A stretch of DNA of 64,000 bases from positions 2,374-66,373 of the forward strand of contig CAZEKB010000030.1 of assembly GCA_964512225.1 (NCBI GenBank), given 5' to 3'. The translations under genes and the position numbers were made by a program. This document shows positions 33,229 through 42,100 of this stretch, piece after piece. A model generated the notes under the pieces. The model was given only the letters and a program-made list of their open reading frames with translations. It did not search any database and was not told the origin of the DNA. Numbering within the stretch: position 1 is the first letter of the stretch; each line of letters opens with the position of its first letter. The DNA comes from an uncultured Rickettsiales bacterium (GTDB lineage Bacteria; Myxococcota_A; UBA796; UBA9615).

Positions 33229-33701
33229 GAAGGGCCTCGAGTGAGGTGGCGGTCGTAGCTCTTGAGAAGCCTTGCGAGGACGGGTGAATCGTCTGCGACA
33301 TCGTCCAGGTACCAGACGTAGTTGACCTGGTTGACTCGCCGGGCGGACTCCGTGAGGTTCGGGCTCCCTTGGATGATGCGGCGCTTCCCGTCACCCTCCA
33401 GGATGTAGAACTTCGTGTGCAGGCTCTTCTTCTTGGGGGAGTGCACTCGCAGCCTGCCCTCGGTCATGAGGACCCCGAGCTTCGCGACGAAGTCCGTGCC
33501 CTCCTTCGCCACATCCTGAACCTCCCGATTACTGAGGTTCTCGCCTACGACGACTTCGATGGACTCGTACCCGAGCTTCTCCATCCAATCGACGAGGGTC
33601 TTCGGGCTCGTCACGTAGGAGACGGCTTTCAGCCTCGTGAAGCCCTTGAAGAGGCCTTCGAAGTCCGCTCGTCTCTCGATCACTTTGTCCTTGAATTGCA
33701 T
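33216..33701 (-). CDS. Small phospholipase-D-superfamily (HKD) nuclease, single HKD motif (Nuc/BfiI-like, 161 aa).
   Basis: HKD motif HTKFYILEGDGKRRIIQGSPNLTESA, matching the pattern HxK(x4)D/E(x6)GSxN. ATG at 33701 with a strong Shine-Dalgarno sequence AGGAGGA 8 nt upstream. Its lower GC (roughly high-50s to 60%) matches the adjacent ATPase gene. Confidence 0.85.
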   Translation of the reverse strand: MQFKDKVIERRADFEGLFKGFTRLKAVSYVTSPKTLVDWMEKLGYESIEVVVGENLSNREVQDVAKEGTDFVAKLGVLMTEGRLRVHSPKKKSLHTKFYILEGDGKRRIIQGSPNLTESARRVNQVNYVWYLDDVADDSPVLARLLKSYDRHLTRGPSWET

Positions 33702-33790
33702 ACCGCGGTCCTCCTACACGTTCGACGGGACCCGCCCAGGGCTATTCAGCCCCGTGTCGCGCGCGCCTCCGGATCAGCCTACTGAGGGGC

Positions 33791-33807
33791 GGGACAGAAA
33801 CTGTCCC
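33791..33807. promoter_or_regulatory. Perfect hairpin/palindrome cGGGACAG-aaa-CTGTCCCg about 90 nt upstream of the PLD-nuclease start.
   Basis: Read directly: 8-bp stem and 3-nt loop. No gene ends just upstream on either strand, so it reads as a candidate operator or structured 5'-leader, not a terminator. Coordinates are +/-2. Confidence 0.3.
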
Positions 33808-33954
33808 GGGTAGCTCGCAGCCGCGTCGATCGAGGACCAACGACCAGAACGAGGCTCAGCTCAGGACTCCGGGAACCACCCGCGCGAGGCGTGTGACCAC
33901 CCCCACGAAGCGATGCGTGGCAGCGCCGGAGCGCCCACATCGCAGCGGCGAGAT

Positions 33955-34100
33955 GTCACCGAACCGGGGCAGTTCACCGAACCCGGCGGGTTTCTGCCGC
34001 CTTTGCGGCAACAACTCGGGCGTTTCACCGAACCGGGCGGGTTTCTGCCGCCTCTGCGGCAACAACTCGCGCGGTTCACCGAACCGGGCCGACCGGGCGC
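33955..34100. repeat. Second tandem array (about 3 units of ~51 bp) of the same hairpin repeat family as 3355..3508, sharing the core AACTCGGGCGTTTCACCGAACCGGGC.
   Basis: Read directly: ...GGCAACAACTCGGGCGTTTCACCGAACCGGGCGGGTTTCTGCCGCCTCTGC appears twice, plus partial copies. The imperfect inverted repeat GCGGCAACAAC/GTTTCTGCCGC has 9 of 11 positions paired. It lies in the divergent gap between the PLD gene (-) and the vWA lipoprotein gene (+). Spurious ORFs 33856..34161 and 33913.. read through it. Confidence 0.75.
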
Positions 34101-34159
34101 CGCGAAGCCCGCCGGGGCGGGCCTCGATCCTGCAGGCTCCCTCGGCGGAGGTCTTCATC

Positions 34160-35686
34160 ATGTCTCGTCCCTTCGGTCGTCCCCTTCCCTTCGCCCTGAT
34201 CGCTCTGATCGCCGCCGGGTGCCCCGCCTACGAGATGGACGAGGCCGGCTACGGCCGCGGGGGCGGGGGCGACGACGACGACGGCGCTTGGGGCGACGAC
34301 GACGACGACGACGACGACGGCCCCGACGACGAGGAGCCCACCGAGCCGCCCGAGGACGGCCTCGACGACGTGTGCGAGGGCGCCGCGGACGTACCGGTCA
34401 CGCTGTACATGTCCGCCGACGACTCCAACTCCCAGGCCGCGCCCGTGCTCGCGCGCCACATGATCGACGCGGGCATGCGCTCGCCCGGCCAGGGGGCGCC
34501 GTACGAGTTCCTCAACTACTACGACTTCGACCTCGCGCCCGCGGAACCGGGCAGCGTCCGGCTCGAGGCGCAGATGCGGCCGATCGTGGGCACGGAGGGG
34601 GGCTACTCGGTCCTCGTCGCGGCGGTGGCCGAAGAGCGCACGATCGAAGAGCGGGCAGACCTCAACCTCGTGATGAGCATCGACCGCTCCTGCTCGATGG
34701 GCGGCCTGCCGATCGACCTCGCGAAGCAGTCGATGGAGCAGATGACCGCCTCCCTGCGCGAAGGCGACATCGTCTCGATCGTGGAGTGGAGCGCGCAGGC
34801 GGCGACCATCATCGACGGCCACGTCGTCCAGGGTGCGTCCGACGCCACGCTCGTGCAGATCATCCGGGGCATCAGCGAGGGGGGCGGCACGGACCTGCAC
34901 AACGGCCTGGTCCACGCCTACGAGGTGGCCGCGTCCCACGCGTCGCCCGAGCGCCTCAGCCGGGTGGTGCTGCTGAGCGACGGGGGCGCGAACCTCGGCC
35001 AGACGTCCGCCGAGATCATCGGGGCCGCCGCGGACGACTCGGAGGCCGCGGGCACGTACCTCGTGGGCGTCGGCGCGAGCACGCCCGGCAACTACGCCCA
35101 CGACCTCATGAACGAGGTCACCGACATGGGCAAGGGCTCGTACATCTACATCGACGACCAGGACGAGGCCGAGCACCAGTTCCGGGGCCGCCGCTTCATC
35201 TCCAACCTCGACGTGGCCGCGCTGGATGTGCGCCTCGCGGTCGAGGTCCCCGCGGGGTTCGTCATCGACGAGTTCCACGGCGAGGAGATCAGCAAGAACC
35301 CCGAGGACGTGGAGCCGCAGCACCTCGCGCCCAACGACTCGATGCAGTACCACTTCACCCTCGTGGACTGCCCCGAGGCGCCCGCCGAGCGCGACACGCG
35401 CTTCACCTTCACGATCACGTGGACCGACCCCGTCACCCGCGAGCAGCGCAGCGAAGAGCGCGACCTGCTCCTCGAGGACCTGCTCGGGGGCGACGTCCGC
35501 GCGCTGGTGAAGGCGGACGCCCTGGTCGCCTACGCGGAGGCGCTCCCCCGGGGGTCGCGGACGTCGGAGGATCTCGAGCGCATGGACGCGGCGCTGCAGG
35601 TGGTGCAGGAGGCCGTCCTGGCCTTCCCGCAGGACGCCGACCTCGCCGAAGTCCTCGACCTGCTCACGCGCACCCGCAACCTCTAA
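34160..35686 (+). CDS. vWA-domain lipoprotein (VIT-vWA-like), 508 aa, with an N-terminal poly-Asp tract.
   Basis: ATG at 34160 with the Shine-Dalgarno sequence GGAGG 8 nt upstream. Lipobox LIAAGCPA, then GGGGDDDDGAWGDDDDDDDDGPDDEEP. MIDAS motif DRSCSMGG, plus later vWA signatures (LLSDGGAN). Confidence 0.85.
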   Translation: MSRPFGRPLPFALIALIAAGCPAYEMDEAGYGRGGGGDDDDGAWGDDDDDDDDGPDDEEPTEPPEDGLDDVCEGAADVPVTLYMSADDSNSQAAPVLARHMIDAGMRSPGQGAPYEFLNYYDFDLAPAEPGSVRLEAQMRPIVGTEGGYSVLVAAVAEERTIEERADLNLVMSIDRSCSMGGLPIDLAKQSMEQMTASLREGDIVSIVEWSAQAATIIDGHVVQGASDATLVQIIRGISEGGGTDLHNGLVHAYEVAASHASPERLSRVVLLSDGGANLGQTSAEIIGAAADDSEAAGTYLVGVGASTPGNYAHDLMNEVTDMGKGSYIYIDDQDEAEHQFRGRRFISNLDVAALDVRLAVEVPAGFVIDEFHGEEISKNPEDVEPQHLAPNDSMQYHFTLVDCPEAPAERDTRFTFTITWTDPVTREQRSEERDLLLEDLLGGDVRALVKADALVAYAEALPRGSRTSEDLERMDAALQVVQEAVLAFPQDADLAEVLDLLTRTRNL

Positions 35687-35696
35687 GCTCGCGGGC

Positions 35697-38036
35697 ATGG
35701 GGAAGCTCCGACTCGTCGCCCTCTCGGTCTGTGCGTGGGCCCTCGGCGGCTGCGTCTTCTTCGGGAACCCGTTCGACCTCGACAACGACGGCACGCCCGA
35801 CGTGCGCGACTGCGACAACGGCAGCGCGGTGCTCAACGACCTCGACGAGGACGACGACGGCTGGACGTCCTGCGAGGGCGACTGCGACGACCGTCGAGCG
35901 ACCGTGTTCCCCACGGCCGTAGAGGTCTGCGAAGGCCGCGATACGGACTGCGACGGGGCCGTGCCCGACGAAGAGATCGACATCGACGGCGACGGGTTCG
36001 CGGCGTGCGAAGGCGACTGCAACGAGGCGGCGCGAACGATCTTCCCCGGGGCCGACGAACTCTGCGACGGGCTCGACTCCGACTGCGACGGCTCGGTGCC
36101 CCCCGAAGAGGACATCGACGTCGACGCGGACGGGTTCCCCGCCTGCTCGGACTGCGACGACGGAGACGGAGACGTGTACCCCGGAGCCGCCGAGGCGTGC
36201 GACGGCGTGGACACCGACTGCGACGGCGAGGCGCTGCCCACCGAGGTCGACTTCGACGGCGACGGCTCCTGGGCCTGCGCGGACTGCGACGACCAGAATC
36301 CCCAGGTCCATCCCGGGGCGGACGAAGTCTGCGACGGGCGGGACACCGACTGCGACGGCGCGCTCGGAGCCGCCGAGATCGACGTCGACGGCGACGGCTA
36401 CGGGCCCTGCCAGGGCGACTGCGCGCCGGGCGACCCGAACGCGAACCCCGGGGCCGTCGAGGCCTGCAACGGGGAGGACGACGACTGCGACGGCTCGGTG
36501 CCCCTGGACGAGAGCCTCGACAGCGACGGCGACGGGGTGACGGACTGCGACGACTGCGCGCCCCACGACCCGGCCACGAACCCCGGGGCGGGCGATCCCC
36601 TGCCGCCCCCCACCCCGGAGACGTGCGTCGCCTTCACGGGCGGCCCGATCGCGACCGACTCGGCGGCGCGGGTCCCGGGCACGACCTCCGGGGAGCGGAT
36701 GGGGGACGTGTTGGGCTCCCTCGGCGACGTCGACGGGGACGGCGTGGACGACTTCGCGGTGGCCGCGCCCCTGTACGAAGGCGCGCTCGGCGGCTCGGAG
36801 GGGCGGCTGCTCGTGATCAGCGGGGCGGACGCGCTGCTCGGAGGCGCCGTGGACCCCCTCACGACGATCGGCGCCGACGCCCTCGGAGACCGGGTCGGCT
36901 CGTCCGTCGCCGCCCTCGGGGACCTGGACGGGGACGGCCGGGGCGACTTCGCGGTGGGCGCGACCGGCGTCGACGGACCCGGCGGCTCCAACGCGGGCGC
37001 GGTGGGCGTCTTCTTCGGCTCGGGCATCGCCCGGGGGGTGCCGCTGACGCTCTCCGACGCCGACCTGCTGCTCGACGGCGAGGTCACCCTCGACGCGTTC
37101 GGCACGGCGATGGCCACGGCGGGCGACGTCGATCACGACGGCCTGACCGACCTCGTCGTGGGGGCCCCCGGCTACGACCCGGGCGGCCTGGTCAACGGCG
37201 GCAAGGTCTACGTATTCCGGGGCGCCCGCATCCTGTCCGGGGCGATCCTCGACGCGGGCGACGCGACGATCTCGTTCCTGGGCGCCGAAGCGGGGGACAG
37301 CCTCGGCGACTCGGTCTCGGGCGCGGGTGACGTGGACGGTGACGGCTGCGACGACGTCGTCGCGGGCGCGGAGTGGGCCGGATCGTCCCCCCGGGACGCG
37401 GGACGCGCCTACGTCTGGTCGGGCGGGGACGTGCGGGGCGGGGGCGAGTTCGCGGTGAGCGACGCCCTCGCGTCGCTGGAGGGGGCGGCGTCCTTCGATC
37501 GGGCGGGCTCGGTGGTCGCGTCCGCCGGAGACGTGGACGGCGACGGCCTCGGGGACGTGCTCGTCGCGTCCAGCCAGAGCGCGTCCAACGGCACCCAGGC
37601 GGGCAGCGTGTACCTGCTGCTGGGCTCCTCCCTGAGCGCGGGCGGCGCGATCGGGGCGGGCGACGCGGACGCCCGGTTCATCGGCCCCAACAGCTACGCG
37701 CGGCTCGGGCTCTCGGCCGCGAACGCGGGCGACGTGGACGGCGACGGGCGCGACGACATCCTGCTCGGGGGCGAGCTGAGCGCGAGCGAGGCGGGGATGG
37801 CGACCGTCGTCCTGGGCTGCGAAGCGGTGGCGGGCGGAGTCCTCACCCTGAGCGCGGGGGTGTCCTCCTGGAGCGGCGCCGAGTCGGGCGAGCTGCTGGG
37901 CTCCGCCGTCGCGGGGCTCGGCGACCTCGACGGAGACGGCCTCGACGATCTGCTCGTGGGCAGCCGCGGGTGGGACGACGGCGCGTCCGCGGTCGGCCGG
38001 GCGGACGTCCTGCTGAGCCCCTACGCCGCGCCCTGA
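35697..38036 (+). CDS. Lipoprotein with about 7 MopE-like Cys/Asp metal-binding motifs followed by FG-GAP (integrin-alpha-like) repeats, 779 aa.
   Basis: Lipobox ALGGCVFF. Repeated CxDxDxxxxPGAxExCDGxDxDCDG motifs. Multiple GDVDGDGxxD and VGAPG FG-GAP signatures. Confidence 0.8.
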   Translation: MGKLRLVALSVCAWALGGCVFFGNPFDLDNDGTPDVRDCDNGSAVLNDLDEDDDGWTSCEGDCDDRRATVFPTAVEVCEGRDTDCDGAVPDEEIDIDGDGFAACEGDCNEAARTIFPGADELCDGLDSDCDGSVPPEEDIDVDADGFPACSDCDDGDGDVYPGAAEACDGVDTDCDGEALPTEVDFDGDGSWACADCDDQNPQVHPGADEVCDGRDTDCDGALGAAEIDVDGDGYGPCQGDCAPGDPNANPGAVEACNGEDDDCDGSVPLDESLDSDGDGVTDCDDCAPHDPATNPGAGDPLPPPTPETCVAFTGGPIATDSAARVPGTTSGERMGDVLGSLGDVDGDGVDDFAVAAPLYEGALGGSEGRLLVISGADALLGGAVDPLTTIGADALGDRVGSSVAALGDLDGDGRGDFAVGATGVDGPGGSNAGAVGVFFGSGIARGVPLTLSDADLLLDGEVTLDAFGTAMATAGDVDHDGLTDLVVGAPGYDPGGLVNGGKVYVFRGARILSGAILDAGDATISFLGAEAGDSLGDSVSGAGDVDGDGCDDVVAGAEWAGSSPRDAGRAYVWSGGDVRGGGEFAVSDALASLEGAASFDRAGSVVASAGDVDGDGLGDVLVASSQSASNGTQAGSVYLLLGSSLSAGGAIGAGDADARFIGPNSYARLGLSAANAGDVDGDGRDDILLGGELSASEAGMATVVLGCEAVAGGVLTLSAGVSSWSGAESGELLGSAVAGLGDLDGDGLDDLLVGSRGWDDGASAVGRADVLLSPYAAP

Positions 38037-38045
38037 CCCGACCCC

Positions 38046-39071
38046 TCAGGGGGCGTTGCCGGGTCCTCCGGGGTCCTCGTCGGGATCGTCGTCGTCGGGA
38101 TCGTCGTCGTCGCCGTCGTCGTCGCCCTGCGGGGCTTCGAGGGTGAGCGGCCAGCGGTACTCGCGCCCCCCCACCAGGTACAGGTTCGGCGCACCCGGCT
38201 CCGCCTCGGTCCAGCGGGGCAGGTAGCGGCGGATCCAGGCCGCGCCGGGGAGCCCGGTGGGCATGGCCTCCCAGTCGTCCTCGGAGAAGGTGAACGAGCC
38301 GTCGTCCGGGGTCTCGCACACCACCTGGTACTCGAGGCCGGCCTGCTCGTCCACGAAGTACATCGCGATCTCGACGATCTCGGCGTCCCCCGGGGTCCAC
38401 TCGAACTCGAGGTCGTCGGGCTCGGTGGCGACGATCCGCTCCCCGCCCCGGGGCAACGACGGGGACTCCATGCGGTACTCGGGGTGCATGTACATCACCC
38501 GGGAGGCCTCGCCCTCGAGCATCTGGGTGCCGCCCGCCCACTCGAGGGACAGCGGCACCTCGTCGGGGATCTCCGGGGGCGCGCCGGTCTCGCCGTTGGC
38601 CCAGTAGTAGGGCCACTCGGGGTTGTCCCAGCGCGGCATCTCCATGTCCCAGGGGCCGTTGGACTCGAAGAACCGGACCCACGGGCCCGCGTCCACCGGC
38701 AGGGCGCCCGGGCCGCGCGGGCCGTTGACGGCGAAGCCGCCCTGCCCCGGGGCGTCGGGGGTCGTCACCTCGCAGCCGGGCCCGCGGAAGCCCTCCAGCT
38801 CCTCGTAGAAGTAGCCCCACCCGCCCGAGTAGTGCTGGCCCGAGACCTCGCCCGTGATGAGGACGAAGTAGCCGATGTAGTCGGAGTAGTCGGCCTCGGA
38901 GGCGTCGTCGTCGTCCAGAGCGTCGTCGTCGTCCACGGCGTCGTCGTCGTCCGATGCGGCGTCGTCGTCGTCGGCCGCGGGGGCGGTCGTATCGATGACC
39001 AGGGTGCCGCGACAGCCGAACACCCCGAGCAGGATCAGAGCGGGGACAAGGACGACGAGCGAGCGAGACAT
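38046..39071 (-). CDS. Hypothetical lipoprotein with a poly-Asp linker (341 aa).
   Basis: MSRSLVVLVPALILLGVFGCRG, then ADDDDAASDDDDAVDDDDALDDDDAS. Trp/Tyr-rich body, with a poly-Asp tail DDDGDDDDPDDDDPDED. ATG at 39071. Confidence 0.6.
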   Translation of the reverse strand: MSRSLVVLVPALILLGVFGCRGTLVIDTTAPAADDDDAASDDDDAVDDDDALDDDDASEADYSDYIGYFVLITGEVSGQHYSGGWGYFYEELEGFRGPGCEVTTPDAPGQGGFAVNGPRGPGALPVDAGPWVRFFESNGPWDMEMPRWDNPEWPYYWANGETGAPPEIPDEVPLSLEWAGGTQMLEGEASRVMYMHPEYRMESPSLPRGGERIVATEPDDLEFEWTPGDAEIVEIAMYFVDEQAGLEYQVVCETPDDGSFTFSEDDWEAMPTGLPGAAWIRRYLPRWTEAEPGAPNLYLVGGREYRWPLTLEAPQGDDDGDDDDPDDDDPDEDPGGPGNAP

Positions 39072-39161
39072 CGACACCTCCAGCGGCGGAAGCCTACGGC
39101 TCCCGTCGACGTTCGGACCGGGCATTCGCGACCATGGTCGCGCGATCGACGGCGCCCCGGC

Positions 39162-42100
39162 CTAGAAGTCGATCATCCCCAGCTCGAGGTGGACGGCCCG
39201 GAGGAGGTTGAGGTTCTCCCGGTGGAGGGAGAGCTCGAGCCGCAGCGCGGCGACGTTCGCCTCCAGCTCGGCGATCTCTTCGGCGTCGGCGGTCGGGTCG
39301 AGCAGCTCGATCGCGGCGAGGGCGTGGTCGATGAGGCTCACGAGGCGGTTCGCGCGACCGACCATGCGGGCGGCGATCCCCGTCTCCACCGCGTCCTCGC
39401 CCTCACCCTCGATGTAGGACGCCGCCTCGTAGGTCAGGCCCGTGTCGGGATCGTTGTGGGCGACGACCGGCCGCGTCGTCTCGATCTCGTCGCCGCTGCC
39501 GTCCAGCCAGATGCGCGTCGAGTTGATCAGGGAGCTGTCGAACGTATCCGGCAGCAGCGTGAGCGCGAGCACGATCGTGTGCAGCTGCAGGGTGAAGTCC
39601 GCGGCGGGGTTGATCGGGACCGCCAGCGGCGGGAGGGCGCGATCCGGATCGGCGTAGTCGGGGAAGTAGACGTCGCCGTCGAGCTCGTAGGGCGCGAACG
39701 CCGGCCGCTCGCCCGTGATGAGCGACCCCACGAGGTCCTCGAGCTGGGGGCCGAAGTCGAGCGCGTAGTTCACGCGGTATCGGCGCAGATCCGATGACTG
39801 GTCCTGCCCCAGGAAGTAGGTCGTGGGATCGAAGAGCGCCTCGAGCGCGAGGATCTTCTCGCCCATGAAGCCGAGACGCTGGATGGCGTCGTCCCAGAAG
39901 TAGCCCTCGTCGAAGTCCCAGGCCGTGGAGAGGAAGCGACCGTCGGCGAGCCCCACGAGCTCCGTGCCCGAGAACGACTCCTGCCAGGCCTCCGTGCCCT
40001 CGGGGTCCTCGACCTTCGAGTACGTGCCCGGGATCGGACGCGCGAGGTTGCGCGCGAACACGTTGAAGGTCTCGCGCGCGCCCATCGTGAGGACACGGTA
40101 GGCCTCGTCCGAGTCGTAGTAGGCCGCGTAGTCCTCCTCGCTGAGGTACGAGGCGTTGAACTGCGCGTCCAGGACCCACCACTGGTTGAAGTTGATCATC
40201 GGGTCGAAGAAGGCGTCCCAGATCCACCAGGTGTGCCCGTCGCCGTTGAAGAACTGCGCGTCGCGCGAGAAGTTGTGGAGGATGTAGTTCCGCTCGTAGC
40301 GACCCACGAGGTCGAGCGGGATCTCGTACAGGTCGGCGCCCTCGTCGAAGTACAGGCAGTCGATGTCGGAGCCGACGAACTCGTCGCTGCAGAACTTGTA
40401 GGGGACGACCGGCCACCAGAAGAAGCCGTCGTCGTTCCACACCATGTAGTCGTGGTTGCTGCCCCAGAAGCCCGAGATGTCCCACTCGTCCGACAGCAGC
40501 CGCTGGGGCACGTCGAGGCGATCGTCCAGGGAGCCGAGCACGTCCGGGTACTCGGTGTAGTGGAACGGCCGGGGCTCGCCGTCCTCGCAGTCGTAGAGGA
40601 GCGGGACGGACTCGCCCCACAGCTGCGACTGGTACAGGTCGTTGATGAGGCAGCCGTTCGTATCCGCGAGCTCGTCGCCGTAGAAGACCTCCATCAGGCG
40701 CCCGTAGCCGTACTTGATCGCCGCGCGGTCGTAGGGCTTGACGCCCTCGTGGTCGGAGTTGAAGCGGCTGAGGTAGTCCATCACGGACGACGTCTGGTAC
40801 TGGCGGATCCCGGCCGCGATCTCCTCGGGCGTCTCCGGGTCCAGGTAGCGGACGGCGCGGTCGCCGTCGTCTCGGAGCTCCCAGTACGACGGGCCGTAGT
40901 TGAGGGGGTCGGCGCTGCCCTTGAGGTTGTGGCGCAGGCCGAAGGTGTGGCCCATCTCGTGGGCCACCGTTCCCTTGTAGACGCCCGCGAGGATGTCCCA
41001 GGCGATCTCCTCGGGGTCGACGCCCGCGTACTCGGCGGCGTACCCCACCAGCGACGGGTCCGCGTACTCGCGATGGTACACGCACCGCTCGGCGTTGCGC
41101 TCCATGCGCTTCTTGGACGCGAACCGGCGGCGCTGATCCCGCACGTGCCGGAGCGGCGAGGCGGCCTCCATCATCGCCTCGTTGATGGCGTCGCCCGGCC
41201 GACGACCGGCGAGGATCACGGCCTCGTCGTCCACCAGCATCGACTCGATCGGGGTACCGATGAGCGCATCGAGGCGCTCCTGGGACCGGTCGCGCGAGGC
41301 GGCGGTGGGCGCGAAGTCCACCAGCAGCTCCTGCACGGCCCGCTTGGCGCGCGCGGCCCCCGCGGACGTCCGCTCCATCCCCTCGTACCGGGGGATCGCG
41401 GCCCGGTGGCGCAGCTGCACGTCGTCGGCGAGATCGGCCACCTCGTCCGGCGTGAGCGGGGTCTTGCCCAGCAGCTCGGCGTTGCGCTCTCCCACCCAGT
41501 CGGCGACGTGGTTGCCGACGATGAAGTCGTCCTCGTCGATCTCGCCGTTGAGGAGCTGGACGATGTCCCGGGACCGGGCCGCGTAGGACCGGATCGGCGC
41601 CTCGTAGATGATCGCCGCGGCCGACACCACCTCGCCCGTGATCGGATCGAGCTGCGCGGGGCCGAACCCGAAGGGGTTGCCGCGGCCCGGGTTCTCCACC
41701 GACCACACGAGGTTGTAGCGGAGGTCGCCGAGGCGGGGGGACAGGCCCTCGGGGCCGCACGCGGCGTGGTCGCCCGCCTCCACGGGGTTGTGGCACAGCA
41801 CCACGATCTCGAGGTCCAGGTCGTCGGCGCCGGCGCACGCCGAGTCCTCACCGCCCGCGTCGAGGCACTCCCAGTACCGCAGCCCGTTGACCGTGTCCCG
41901 GAAGGGGACGTTCCACTGGTCCACGACCTCGGCGATCGCGTCGTACAGGCGCTCGTCGAGCCCGGGGGACACGTGGTACGCGATGTTCCGCACGCCGCGC
42001 TCGCGGAACGGCGTGGTGCACTCGCCCTCCAGCGTGTCGCACCGGGAGCCGACGACGTCCGAGCAGCTGTCCGACGCGCCCTCCTCGGGGGCCTCGCACG

